Source of the DNA: Amphiscolops sp. MND2022
Lineage: Eukaryota
DNA: 64,000 nucleotides
Reading direction: 5' to 3'
Assembly: GCA_964187785.1 (NCBI GenBank)
Contig: OZ076409.1
Coordinates: forward strand, 94,180,001-94,244,000
Below the pieces are notes generated by a model that saw only the letters and a list, made by a program, of their open reading frames with translations, was not told the origin of the DNA and ran no database searches. The translations under genes and the position numbers were made by a program. The first letter of the stretch is position 1, and every line of letters starts with the position of its first letter. Of this stretch, positions 1-12,584 are shown piece after piece.

Positions 1-654
1 AGATTGATCTTGTTGAGACCATAATTGTTGATAATTAAATCTGAAATATTTTCTGAGAAATAAAGATATTACTTTGATCTGAGGAATTGTTTGGTCATTT
101 AATGTTAGATCTTTGAAGTAGTGGTAGATGAAATTTTGAATTCGTAATATATCAGCTTGTAACCAATGATGAGGGTTGTCTTCAGGATTAACCAATGTTT
201 CAATAATTTCTACGTCGAAATTGTCTATGTATCGTTGAAGATCGTCGAGTGCATTTGGACTATATTTTGGAATTTCGTGTGCTAAATTGTGGTCTTTTAC
301 ATTATTTAGAAAAGAATGAAAAACTTGTTTAATAGGAACTTGAAGGTTTATTGGGTTTATTGTTCTTCTGTATATATGAGATGAGTTAAGTTTTTGTTGA
401 GGAAAGGATATTTGAAAAGTTGGGTATTCTTCGGTGATTGTTAAAACTTTATATCTAATATAGAAAAGGTATGTGTCCAAATGTTCTCTAATAAGAGGGA
501 TTGTTTCAATTGTGTGTTGTTCATTTTCAAATGGGAGTGGTTGTGTATAATGTGAAAGAATGTTTTGTAGAAATGGGTTTAGTTCTAATTTTACAACTTT
601 TGCATTTTTAATGACGGGAGTTTGGAAAGGTAGAGGGGTTGTCGTTGAGGACAT
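1..654 (-). CDS. Partial ORF (>=218 aa, MSSTTTPLPFQTPVIKNAKVVKLELNPF...), probably the first/accessory ORF of the LTR element
   Basis: Manual translation from ATG at 654 shows no stop down to position 1. It is absent from the ORF track because its stop lies outside the window. No domain recognised. Confidence 0.55.
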   Translation of the reverse strand, partial: MSSTTTPLPFQTPVIKNAKVVKLELNPFLQNILSHYTQPLPFENEQHTIETIPLIREHLDTYLFYIRYKVLTITEEYPTFQISFPQQKLNSSHIYRRTINPINLQVPIKQVFHSFLNNVKDHNLAHEIPKYSPNALDDLQRYIDNFDVEIIETLVNPEDNPHHWLQADILRIQNFIYHYFKDLTLNDQTIPQIKVISLFLRKYFRFNYQQLWSQQDQS

Positions 655-2008
655 TTTTAAAGTTTATCTCTTATCACTGTAAGTATTTTTCCAAGAAGAA
701 CACAAACTATAAATAAGACACAAAACGTGTATGTTGTAATGAGTACTACTGTGGTAACCTTTTCCCACATGTTGTAATGTGAAGGTTATAACGTTGAAAT
801 GTCTTGTATGAAGATTTTCTAAGTTCGAGCTCTTGGGTAATTTCTTTGTTGATTTATGATAAAGAAGAAATATCGTTGATATCGTTCAATTAATCTTTCA
901 AAATCGTTTGGTGTAGGGTTTTGAAGTGAGCTAATTGGTGGAATGTAAAGTTGAAAGGATAAATTTCTTGGTTTGGGTTCATATAAGTTGTATTGTAATT
1001 TGAAGTTGTTTGAGAAGTTAATATTTTAGGATAGAGAAGAAATAAGCGGGTGCAGTAGGATCTGTATTCAACCTCAAAGGATTGCTAACAGAAACTAAAT
1101 GTTATTTTAAGTCTGGATCACTTTAAGGTGTCTAATATAAGGTTACTGACACGTCCAGAAAAAACTAAGGTTGTTTTAATTTTAAGTGGGTTGTGTGTTT
1201 TAAGACTAAAGGAGTGGAACTCTGAAAAATCAACGTCCACTATCCAAAGTCTGATCAATACTGATCAAGATCAAAATTTGATCTTTGTTTCTTTTACTTT
1301 TACTTTTACTTCCTGAGAATTTTGAAGATTCGAACGTAGTTCGGTGTCCTCTCGAGTCTCCTTAAAAACGTTTACACTTAATTAAGGTTTTTAGTCAGTC
1401 TTAGAATCAGAGTACGCTGGTGAGGCTATCTGATTGGCTACGTCTTACGGGAGGGAATAGGAATTGTGGGTGCCTGAAAGTAGAAAACTAACTTTACTTT
1501 GTTTGTGTTATTTACATGCCTTATTTTAAGTTTTAAAGCAAAAGAGTTGTGAAAATTGTATGTTGTACTTTGTTAAAATAATTGTTTTGTAGGATTATGT
1601 TAAAATTATTATTATTGGAAGTACTTGAGGTAAGTTTGAGTTTATTTGTTATTGTTATTTTTGTTGGTTATTGAAAACATTTTTGAAATTATTTGTATTA
1701 TTTAAGTTTTGTGAATTTATTTGTATTGTTTGTCGACAATAGGGAAAGAAAGGGAATAGTGCGTGATTGTTTTTGGTAGTTAGTCTTGGTTGCCTTTTTT
1801 TGTTTTCAGAGTCTATTTCTGAAATTTTTTTGTAGGAAGTTTTGTAGAAAGGGGATCCGAAACGTTAAAGTAGAAAATCCAGGTTTTCTGCCAACACGAA
1901 GTTGATCTTGAGACGTATGTGCTTATAGGTGAGCGGAGTTGGACATGCACTCAGTCAACTATTACACCAGGAGTCCACCTGACGTTCAAGATAGCAGGAT
2001 TGAAGAAA

Positions 2009-2342
2009 GTTGCTGTGTCAAAGGTGTTAGAAAACCTTGATAAACCAGACAAATGTTGCTGTGTCAAAGGTGTTAGAAAACCTTGATAAACCAGACAAAC
2101 ATCAGAGAACTGTTTCAACAAGCTTCCGGATTAGCTGTGATAAATCAGTATGGAGAACAGAACTGTGTCACTTTGGATAAATCAGTCTGGAAAAAGAAGA
2201 AAAACAGAACTGTGTCACAATGGATAAATCAGTCCGAAATGAAACCGTTTCAACGTATTGGAAAACGTGATAAACCGGTATGGCTAGAAGAACAGGAAGA
2301 AGAACCGTGTCAACGTGTTAGAAAACGTGATAAACCGGTAGT
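2009..2342. repeat. Tandem ~46-54-bp repeats in the LTR element leader
   Basis: GTTGCTGTGTCAAAGGTGTTAGAAAACCTTGATAAACCAGACAAA twice (2009, 2055), then degenerate copies sharing TGTGTCA...GATAAAYCRG. Confidence 0.8.
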
Positions 2343-3392
2343 GAAGAAAATTTGTTATATTAAAGTTGATTGTTGTAGTGGAGAAATTGTGTTTCGAACG
2401 ATGATGTATTTATTAATGAAATTTAGAAAGTCACAGACCAAACTTTCAAGAAATTCTAGAAAGATTTCACTGCAATTCCAGAGAATTTCAAATATGGAGA
2501 GTGGTATTTGTATGATTGTTGAGAGAAGAGAAATCATCCAGGAGAAAAGGCAAAAGAAAAATTTTACAAGTCGCACCAAATTGTGCTGCTTTTAATGGTT
2601 GGTTATTGTTTTTGATGGTCTTATACGCAACTACTAAAAGCGGCTGAGAGACAGGTTAGCTAGCTTACTTTATTACAACTATTCCGAGGTGTTAGGAGTA
2701 GAACAAAAAGGAAGTCAACTGAATACTGATTATTAGTTTTCTCTCTCTGAAGGAGTAGAGATTTACAATCAATCAATAACAAATAAATGTACATTCTAGA
2801 ACATTCTATAAACATCTAAATACTATTGGTTATTAATGTAGGTCAGTACATCCATCCCGGTTTTTAAATAATAAAATTTTAAAGTAGCATCATTAATTGA
2901 AATGAAGAAAAAATTTTTTGTTTAAATGTTCTTAGCGTTTCAGCTAGTTAACATTTTTCATTTGATGGATGATTGGCATAAGTCTCGTTAAAAGTGGAGT
3001 AAGTTCGACTCATTGGTGTACCTCGAATTGTCAAAATTTTGATTGACACCTCGTAGGTGCGACTACAGTTCAAAAGCGTCAAAGTGTTCTTTTTCACTAT
3101 GCTTTCGTCGACTTGTTTTTTGAACTGGTAGATGCTCAATTTTATGCTTCTGTTGAAGTTTTGAATGAACTTCGCATTGAACAAACGTGAGCAAACATCA
3201 TACGAGTTAGAGATCAAAGAGTCAAAGAAGTAATATTGTTGAGAAAAAATTTTTTCGAACGTGGAATACGTTTGAAAAGATTTCAGGTTGTAATTAACTT
3301 TGGCGGGTTTGTTATGTAACAACTGTTGAAAACTTTGAGAATTTGGGTCTGTCATTATTCGAATTTGATCTGAACAATGTGCTTGATCTGAT

Positions 3393-3837
3393 TTGGAGCT
3401 GGTTTTGTTGAAATTTGAAAACAGAGATTCCAAACAACCTAAAACAGCGCCTCAACCAAGACCGTTTGGAAACAGCGTCAAAAGAAACCATAGTCCAGCA
3501 CCTCCAAAGAGTAATGAAACTGAATGTCGTGCAGTCCCGGTATCCACCTGGGTGACCAGAACGATCAATATTGGTTCATCCCAAAAACAAAATAAGACCA
3601 AAACCAGAAAAAAGAATCGGTCCATCTTTTGGATGTGGCAAACAGGCCATCTTCTGCATCGGAAGTGCAGAAAAACAAATTGTGAAAAGAAAAGTCAACA
3701 ACCCCCCCACCAATAACGACACTAATCCTTTTGACACATGTGGCAAAACGAGCCACGAAACAAATGAGTGTTTAGCCGGTATTAACTGGGCAAACCACCA
3801 GCTTAGTGTGACAGACCCCAAAAACCATGGTTCCTGA
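3393..3837 (+). pseudogene. Possible degenerate gag fragment (zinc-knuckle remnant)
   Basis: DTCGKTSHETNEC resembles a CCHC knuckle that has lost its first Cys; P/Q/K/N-rich surrounding frames. Confidence 0.35.
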
Positions 3838-6511
3838 ACTTACTCAGTCAAACTACTTGTTGCGATGGACTTGTTGAATAGCTTCAGTGATGGCAATGAT
3901 TTGAATTTGAGACAACTCGACAACATCTCTGACGCTGTTTTGTTAGTTTGGCGCTGCACTTGGGCTGTAAAAACCATCACAACCCAGTGAGACAATTCCG
4001 TTCAAATTTTATTTCAACAATTCAAGGTTTCATTTCATATACGGATTGCTTCACTGTGACGACGATTTTTTGGGGAGATTGTCACACACATAAATGTGGT
4101 ATTCCTGCAATGGGTTAGGTTTCAAAGTTGAGTTGTGATGAAAAACAACAAATCCAGCAACGCACTGAAGCGTCTGAAGCCCTCAGGGTTAATAGACTGG
4201 GTAAATTGTAGGCTTTGCAATGGTTGGGTTCAAACAAAATGCGCCAATTTATCAAGAACGGAGGAACGGAGCTTTGCCGAATTTAACTGTGGTAGGTGCT
4301 CTTTAGTAAACACTATACTATCCCTCAGTGTCACGATGATAACTTCAGACACGACTCCTTTTCTAATTCAGGCGCTGTTTACTTGAAAAGATTTCCTGAA
4401 AGCTCACGGATCACCCTAGATGAAAACTTGATAGCCAAAATTAATGATTTTTGTAAAACCCCGTCAAATTTTGCCTTGCGGTTCTTATTGCTCTCCTCTT
4501 TGCGCTGTTTAATGGAAAAACCACCTCGATGAGGTGAACGTCAGAGGTCATCACTCAGTGCATTTATCAACAAGCGTGTTCGGGATGGTTTCGTTGAGAA
4601 AAACTCGAAACGCGACACAAAAAACCGCAGCAGAAAACGAGTTATATTGACGACTGCGTTCCATTTGCACAAAGTTAGACGAAGGTAGTTTTGAGGCCGG
4701 AATCAGAATGGCAGTAGGCGACGACAAGATTACAGATTTCACGGTCGACAACTACGCAGCCCTCAAGCTGAAACATCCGCAGAGGGATACTTGTTGTGTT
4801 CTGGCCCCACAAATGTCGACTGTTCTTTACCCTCGGAGTTTTTCGTCCACAACCCAACGTCCTTCCCCAACGGCTCTAGTGCAGAGTTGGATGGTTTTTC
4901 GCCCAAAATGTGTTAACGATTTGACTGCTAAGTCGAACGAGCAAACTGGGTTCAATTATCTCAGAGGTGCAATAAATCTTGTGAATGTGATTCTCGGAGG
5001 AAAAGTACTTTTCGAACTTTGGCCGTATTTTTTGGAGCGATACTATTTGCGCTGAACAATAGAAAAAATAGCTGAAACTCTTTTGCGCTGAATTGAGGAC
5101 TTCGTGATATCGCTGTAGGCAAAATATTCCGCCGGTTGTCCGCAAAATATGCCGGATACCATGTCTTTGAATCACGTCAAGAAAGGTATCGAAGTTTCCG
5201 TTGTTTGATTGAAAACCCCCAACTCTAAGAAAACGTACTTTTGAAAAATGACTTCGAAAGCGCTTTCCATTTAAAAAATAGACAATTCAAGCTAGAGAAA
5301 ACATTTGAAATACTCTCTGAAGATTATTAGTGCTCACGCTTGGCGTACAGTCAGCCATGTATTCTTTTTTACAGTGATTCAGTAATCAAGTCTTGTGAAA
5401 GGACACAGCAAGGAGTTCTTGAGTCTCCAGTTTTATTTTCAACTTCCATTCAGGATCTGAATGACAGTTTGGAGTCGTTAAAAACTCATGGTACCTTGAA
5501 GATGGAAATATAGGTGATAATTTTGAAAGATCTCGAAACAAATGTTGAAGCGGAAAAAACACTGGGACTCAAAATTAAACCCACGAAATTCTAAACTTTT
5601 TCTCTTTCTGACATCACTGAAAAACGACGATCGACAAATTTAGCATCTTTTCCAGAAACTTTGCCCCGGGATCGAAACACTGAAGAAAAATGAACTAATG
5701 ATTCTTTGTTCACCGCTTGGGCCGAAATCACAGGTAGAGCTTTTGAAAAGAAATTTATTGAACTGGAAAAGTTAATGGAACTGTTGAAATTTCAAATGCG
5801 ATTTAAGTTTTGTTATGTTGCATAATTGCATCAGTCTGTCAAAGTTGTTGTACTTCCTGAGAACCATTACATGTTTTATTCATCCAGCTCTCTTCGAGAA
5901 GTATGACAAAACCGCTTTTCAAAGTCTGTAACGTGAACTTCGACGATATTTCGAGTACTGAGCTGGCTCTTCTCACTGAAACGGGTGGTCTTGCGGTTTC
6001 ATCGACATCAATAATAGTACTTCCCGCCTTTTTGGCCTCAGCTTTTGGTGCGAGTAATTTTTGTCACGGCCATTTTCTCGGAAGCATTCGAAGACAAAAG
6101 TGCTTGAGAAATGGTTGAGTTTGACGTATCAACAGGAAAGTACTCTCGGTGGAACCCAGAAAAATTGGACACAACCAGTCTACGTCATCGAATTCTAGAA
6201 TGGATGGCAAATGTTGGAATGTTTTTAACGTTCATCTTGGCAAATTCGGGTCTCAATGGTTGAACGTCGTTCCTTGCAAGAACCTATGACTGAAACTTGA
6301 TGATGAGCAGCTTCCGATTTCAATTGGTTTTTGGCTCGGAGCCAACATCTGTGTTGCGCATACAAGCCACTGTGGTAGAATAGTTGAACGGCACGGTTTA
6401 CACCGTCTTTCTTGCACCAAGTGCGCTGATCGCTTTTCACGTCATGCTACTCTCAGTTCTCTCATAAAGCAGACGTTGGGAACTCTGGACTTGCCTTCAG
6501 TTCTCGAACCG

Positions 6512-7089
6512 AGTATGGACAGTTTGCCGAAGCCCATTTTGCCAACTTCGGCAAAGTGTGCCTACCTTGCCCATTTTGCCGAACTTTTTTTGGCAAAGGG
6601 GGCATCGAAATTCGGCAAAGTGGGCATCGAAATTCGGCAAAGTGGGCATCGAAATTCGGCAAAAAGGGCAAGGCAGTTGTCTACATTGGCAAAAACACTT
6701 TTTGAAAGCGAAAATATAATGTAGGGCATATCCGATGTATGCACGCTCGCCCTCACCGTCGCAAAGACCAGCTCCCACTATGATCGCTTCGCGATCTCCG
6801 TTCCCGCTAGGTCTTTGCTCCTGTTCGACCCCGCTTAGCACGATGGGAATATAAGCGGCCCCAAGGGGCCGCGGGGCACTAGTGGAAATGGGGTCATATC
6901 CGAGACACGTTTTATACTTTGAATCACTTTATATCTTTAAAAGTCTGTTTTTGCAGATGTAGACAACTGCCTTGCCCACTTAGCCGAATTTCGATGCCCA
7001 CCTTGCCGAAAAAAAATTCGGCAAAATGTCCCATGCTTTCGGCAAAGTGGGATTCGGCAAAATGGGATTCGGCAAAAAGGGCATATACC
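6512..7089. mobile_element. Non-autonomous TIR element (Mutator-like MITE) inserted in the CRE element
   Basis: 9-bp TSD CTCGAACCG at 6503-6511 and 7090-7098; inverted ends built from repeated TTTGCCGA/TCGGCAAA motifs; removing it restores VLEP|RGLY. Confidence 0.8.
6736..6903 (+). repeat. Dispersed non-coding repeat with a GC hairpin (other pieces at 7788-7878, 12870-13141 minus, 52898-53225 minus)
   Basis: Shared GTCGCAAAGACCAGCTCCCACTA and GCGGCCCCAAGGGGCCGCGGGGCACTAG segments; this copy is bracketed by CATATCCGA direct repeats. Confidence 0.7.
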
Positions 7090-7878
7090 CTCGAACCGCG
7101 TGGACTGTACAGAACTGATGGCAAACGCCCAGACGGTGTTATCATGATTCCTTGGGGATTGGATAAACAGCTGGTGCGGGACGTCACGGTTGTGGATGCT
7201 CTTACACTCAGTCGCTTGAATCAATGCCCCTTGTGCAAGCCGGGAACCAACACCACCGAGGCTGAAGAGCGTGAAATTGAGAGGTATCGCGAATTATTAG
7301 ACAATGGATACATCTTTCAACTGGTGGCATTGGAAGTACAAGGTTCTTAGGCGAGAGCAGTGAAATTTCCACCAAGCGTCTCTGTAAAATGCTTTGTCGT
7401 TTACACGACAATCAACGAACTGGCAGCTTCTTGAAGCAACGGATTTCAATGGAACATCAGATCGACAAGGCGGCCTCTGTTCTAGGAGCTGTGGGCGATA
7501 GAGATGCGTTCGAGGAAATTTATCACATATTGGGTATTTTTTTAAAAAAAACTCTACTTCGGTTTGTGTCAATAGCGTTGAATTTTGAAACGTCGAACTC
7601 CCAGTGTCGAACCATGAGATTCGAAGAACAACGTCGAATCTAGTCGAACAATCAATTTCCAAGTATTGTCGAAATTGTATCAAATTTCAGTCGAATTATT
7701 CCTGTTTGTTTCCGAATAAAATTGCTGATAACACTGCTACTAACTACACCAAACATGCCTTTCCCCACCTTATATGAGGTCATATACTGTGTATACAGGC
7801 TCGTCCTCACAGTCGCAAAGACCAGCTCCCACTACGATTGCTTCGCTCTGCTCTTGTTCCCTCTTCGACCTCGCTTAG

Positions 7879-10800
7879 TGTGGGAATCGATATAAAGACA
7901 CGTTTTCTATAGTCAAGATAGTTTGTTTCAGATAGTTGAAATATAGGTTTAACCCCAATCGTTTTAATTACGACACTTTTCAACTATATATTTTATCATT
8001 TTCCCGAGTGTTTTGGTAACCTTCAAAATCTCACCACCTGAGTTGAAAGAAGAAACCCCAGAGGCCCTGGAACGCTTTTTGCTGCAGTTCAATTTGAGCG
8101 TTGCAAAGGTAGAAGAAGCCAACAAAGCAGACCTGTTTTTACTTTGTTGCGGCGAAAAGATATCAGTTTATTATGACGAATTAACCTGGGAGCCATTATC
8201 ACAAGCAGAAAAAGACGCAGGATAAACAGATTTTAAACGAGCAGTTACTTTTGCCGAAACCAAGCTCTCTGGCGGGAAGAATGTCTTAGCTGAACGAGTA
8301 AAATTATACTCACACAAACAAAAGCATAACCAGTCAATCAACCATTATGTTAGTGAACTCCGTTCAATAGCCAAAATTTGCGAGTTTCCAACAGCTTTTT
8401 CAGACCAAGCAATCAGAGATGCATTTTGTCAAGGTTTGAAATCTGAAAGCGTCAGGAAAGGAGTAAATCGAGCGTTTGCGACTAATCAGCAAAGTTAGAA
8501 AGAACTATCTCTCTCTGATGCTATATCAGCGGCTGAAATCGAAGAATCAACAATAGAGACCATTTCTTCCATCGACAGCGCAGGTTCAGAGCACACACCC
8601 ATCACTGCTTCACTGAATGAATTAAACCCTTCAACAATTACTAGCACTGAGTTAGTTGCCGCAATTACACTCACCAAAAACACTGGGAAACGAAAATTTT
8701 ACTGGTGTGGTTCAACTATTCATGGAAAAAATGAGTGTCCCACAAGCGGAAAAACGTGCCTTAACTGGGGAATCGATGGACATTTGAGATCAGTTTGCCA
8801 GAAGAAAAAACAAAAAGTGTCCTTTTTGCAAAACCCTGTAGTTGCCACTGCTATCACATCTGGCAATAAGAAATGCGTGGACTTGAAAACAAATGGAAAC
8901 AATGTATCGTGGTTAATCGATTCGGGTAGCGACTTATCAATAATAGATTTATCACTGGCCAAGTCTCTAGGCGTCAAGCCTTACAACATCACAACACAGA
9001 AAGCTAGCGCAACCAGCAATTCCACCTTTGAGTTAAACAAAAATGCAATTTGACTTTGCAAATGAGTTCTGGTGAACTCCATATTTCACCATACGTCTGT
9101 AAAAATTTATCCGATCAAGCGTTGCTGGGAACAAAAGATTTGTCGAAATTCAAATCAATAGAATTAACGTACGATGGATCTCTTCCAACACTCAAAGTTT
9201 CATAATCGGCATCTCAAATTTTAAACAAGTTTTCAGATGTGTTCGATCAAAACACAAAGATGGAAATTACACCGTTTCCAATCATAGCAGTTTTGCCTGA
9301 TGCAGCACCTATTCGCAGAAAACCAAGACCAAGGACATTAGCTGACAAACAACTTATTCGCGAAGAAGTCAGGAAACTGCTTAATATAGGTGTCATTGTC
9401 GAAAACCAATCACCCTGACGGTCACAAGTTGTAATAGTAACACAACAATGTGACAAGAAACGAATGTGTGTTGATTATGCAGCTACCGATAATCGTTTCA
9501 CACAAATCGACGCCTTCCCGATGTCTGATATTCAAGAACTTTTATCAGAAATATGCGGAAAATGTGTCTTTTCAAAAATCGATATAAAAGATGCATATCA
9601 TGGTCTCCTTATCCCAGCTGAAGAAAAAAAGAAATATCACAGCCTTCGAAGCAGATGGGAAACTTTACAAATTTACGCGGATGCTTTTCGTAGTGACAAC
9701 TGGAATAGCTGGATTTGGAAGAGCCATGCGACGAGTTACCGAAGGTTTGAATGAAGTAAAGAATTTCCTAGACGATATATTTATTTTGGGCAGAAATCAG
9801 GAAGAGCACGACTCCAGCTTGAGATGGTTTCTACAGCGCGCGAAGGAATACAAACTATCACTTAATTCCAAAAAATGCACGTTCAACCAACCAACCTTCG
9901 CTTATCTTTTTTGGTCACAAGTTCGAAGATGGAAACATTAAACCCGATCCTGATCGACTGGACCCTGTAATGACTTTTCTTGTGCCGACAAACAAAAAAA
10001 AACTCGAACGATTCCTTGGATTGTTAGTTTATTACTCAAAATGGATCAAAGATTTTTCGAAGATCACATTCACCTCTCTGCAGATTGGGTTGAAACAATG
10101 AAAATTATAAAAAAGGAAATTGCAAATGCCACATTGGCAGTACGAATAAGCAATGTGCCGTTAGACCTCAAAACAGACGCTTCAACCAACGTCATCGGTG
10201 CCGTGTTAACTCAGAATGGTCAACCAATAGCCTTCTTTTCACACAAGCTCAGTTCAGTAGAAGAGCGGTGGCCAGTCATGGAATTAGAAGTATTTGCCAT
10301 TGTCAAAAGTGTCGAATAATTCAAACACTACCTAATGGGGCGCTCGTTCAACTTGATAACCGACCAGCGAGGCGTTTTATTTTTACTACAAGGGAAACAC
10401 GAGTCTCGCGTTAAAAATTCTAAAGTCAACAGATGACGCCTTGAGCTTGCAGAAAACAATTATCACAATACTCATTGACCCGGGAAATTGAACGTTGTAG
10501 CAGATGCCTTGAGCCGCATAAGCTCACTCACATCCAATACGGTTGAGCAATTCACAAACGATATGGCTCTAAAATTACATCGAGTAAAGGGTCACCCTGG
10601 CGCCCATAGACTACCCAAATTCCTAGCGCCACGCGTAAACAGTCAAGAAAACTTTCAAAAAATTTCAGAAAAAGTCATTAGCGATAGCGAAATATGTGCA
10701 CAATTAAAGCCGCGGTTCGTGGATTTTCACAGTAGTGGACGAATATTCAAGATACCCGTTTGCGTTTGCTTTGCCTAAGATAACTACAGTAGCTTCTATT

Positions 10801-11930
10801 CAGTGCTTGACAAATCTTTTTATGCTTTTTGGTCGCCCAAGTTATGTTCACAGCAATCGATCTTCGAAATTTGAGAGCGATAAGTTCAGGATCTTTCTAG
10901 ACAGTTGGAATATTGGCAAATCGAGGACAACGCCTTACCATCCATCTGGCAATGAACAAGTAGAACGTAATAACGGCATCATCTGGAAGACGGTTTCACT
11001 GCGATTAGCCGAAAAAAAACTTACCGGCAAATTTCTGGAAAGACGAATTGGCATGCATTCACGTTATCAAACATCCGAGCTCTCTCGTCTCGAGCTATCA
11101 ACAATTCGACACAAAATGCCCTATTTCTTTCATTCGCTCGAAGGTCCACAATCGACGAGAAACAACAATTAGTATCCACTAAGGTTGAACACTTAAATTG
11201 CCAAACTGGTTGAATGAAAGAAACCATGCTTATATCAAAAACCATCGGAGAACGCATAAAGCTGATCCTCTAGTACATAAAGTTTTAATATTGAAAATTT
11301 TATCATCACACCATGCTGAAGTTTTGTTCATAGACAGTGGGTGAATATCAACTGTTTGAACAAGGCATTTATCACGAGCCCCCACTGAAATCACAGTCAA
11401 GCCAGCAGAGACTTTTAAAGCAGTTGACCATGCACCACCGCATTCAGCAGGCAAAATTCCTACAGCAGAACCAATAATTGAAATAAAAGATGAACCTGAA
11501 GATCCTGTCTTAGAAACCAAAATAGAAAACGAATATACGGAAAACACTTCTCTCGGAGCAAGCAACGACGACATACTATCCGTGCTCAAAAATTGCGGCG
11601 AACCGATTCACAACACTTCTCTGCAAGAAAATGAAAGCGGAGACAATCTGACATTAAATAATTATAATCAGGACGGAATAACACCAGAAAACCAGCAGGA
11701 AATTAAAGAAACATACCTCAGTACAAGGCCAACGCGCAACAAGAAAAAGCCAATTATGTTCGGAGATTGTGTGTACGGGTAGTTAGCGGTCAAGCTGTTG
11801 GGTTATCTTTAGTTTTATTATGCTGGGTGATTGTGGGAATCGATATATAGGCACGTTTTGTATAGTCAAGAATATGTTTGTTTCAGAGAGTTGAACTATA
11901 GTTTCAACCCCAATCGTTTTAATTACGACA
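7879..11930 (+). mobile_element. Full-length but decayed Ty3/Gypsy LTR retrotransposon (4.05 kb, ~98-bp LTRs)
   Basis: LTRs TGTGGGAATCGATAT...TTACGACA at 7879-7975 and 11832-11930; TSD CTTAG at 7874-7878 and 11931-11935; gag with knuckle remnants, protease WLIDSGS, RT (CVDY, FSKIDIKDAYH, FLDD), RNase H (TDAS..IGAVL), integrase (NVVADALSR, DEYSRYPFA, TTPYHPSGN.QVER) in PR-RT-RH-IN order. Confidence 0.95.
8013..11782 (+). pseudogene. Gypsy gag-pol, broken by multiple stops and frameshifts
   Basis: ORF fragments 8013-8225, 8784-9053, 9464-9941, 10041-10319, 10488-11172 carry consecutive domains. Confidence 0.9.
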
Positions 11931-12067
11931 CTTAGCAAGAAGGCTCGCTTGAGGGCCAAAAACAAGTAACCTTTGCAACGCAAATGTACTTTTGGTAATT
12001 CACAACTTGCATCGACGCATTTACTTTGACAAAAGTCTTTCGACAGTGGGACTTTGACGCTAGGACG

Positions 12068-12406
12068 TGTGGGTGTAAATAGGTCGAATTTTTCTGGTCG
12101 AAAGGACAGAGGTCGAACCTTTGGATCGAATTGCAGGGATCGAATGGAATGCGGTCGAATTTTATCGTATTTGTTGTATGGCTCGGTCGCTTCGCTCCCT
12201 TCGCCAAGTAGCAACATTGAGGCATGGTCATTTGGCACGTCGCTTCGCTCCTGCATTCAGGGCACTAGGGGTATGTGAACATATCTGACTACGGTATAAA
12301 AATTTCGATCCGAGTTGTTTCTATCCCATTCAAAAACTTGGTATGTCGACCTGAGGACTAACTCTGATTTTCGATCCCGTTCCTTTGATCTATTTCCGCC
12401 CACCCC
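12068..12406. mobile_element. ~340-bp MITE with TIRs, intact copy
   Basis: Ends GTGGGTGTAAATAGGTCGAA / TTTGATCTATTTCCGCCCAC; 9-bp TSD GCTAGGACG (12059-12067) and GCTGGGACG (12407-12415), 1 mismatch. Confidence 0.75.
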
Positions 12407-12584
12407 GCTGGGACGAAGCTCCAAATTCGACGATAGGAATTCGACCGTATTACGGCACCCTCTCTATGTCATTGCAGCTTTTTTAAATAAAAATTCCACT
12501 GGGATAGTTGTCGATGATACTGCAAATTCCTTATTTTCCTGTGTCTCATACCAAAGGAGTTTCATTAAGGAGCCTGAAAATAAA

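Larger units (their letters stand above)
1..2850 (-). mobile_element. 5' portion of an LTR retrotransposon (LTR, PBS, long 5' leader, first ORF running off the window edge)
   Basis: Minus strand: TGTACTGACC... (2850) to ...GCAGCACA (2582) gives a TG..CA-bounded ~269-bp LTR with AATAAA. A PBS-like TGGTGCGAC (2578-2570) follows 3 nt later, then an AT-rich leader with tandem repeats and an open frame from 654 to the edge. No second LTR is in the window. Confidence 0.6.
3852..7530 (+). mobile_element. Decayed CRE-like (RLE) non-LTR retrotransposon: PHD finger, RT, restriction-like endonuclease
   Basis: WVNCRLCNGWVQTKC...FNCGRC (PHD-like); IRMAVGDD, LKLKHP and VNVILGGKV..PYF fragments; RT remnants GTQQG and WYLEDG near 5400-5505; LEPRGLYRTDGKRPDGV..PW...DVTVVDAL (PD..D RLE core); RISMEHQIDKAASVLG C-terminus. 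Many stops and frameshifts. Confidence 0.85.

Noticed and set aside
6855..6883. Helitron 3' end (GC hairpin followed by CTAG)
   Set aside because: Similarity between copies continues past CTAG (GGAAAT.GG), so it is not the terminus
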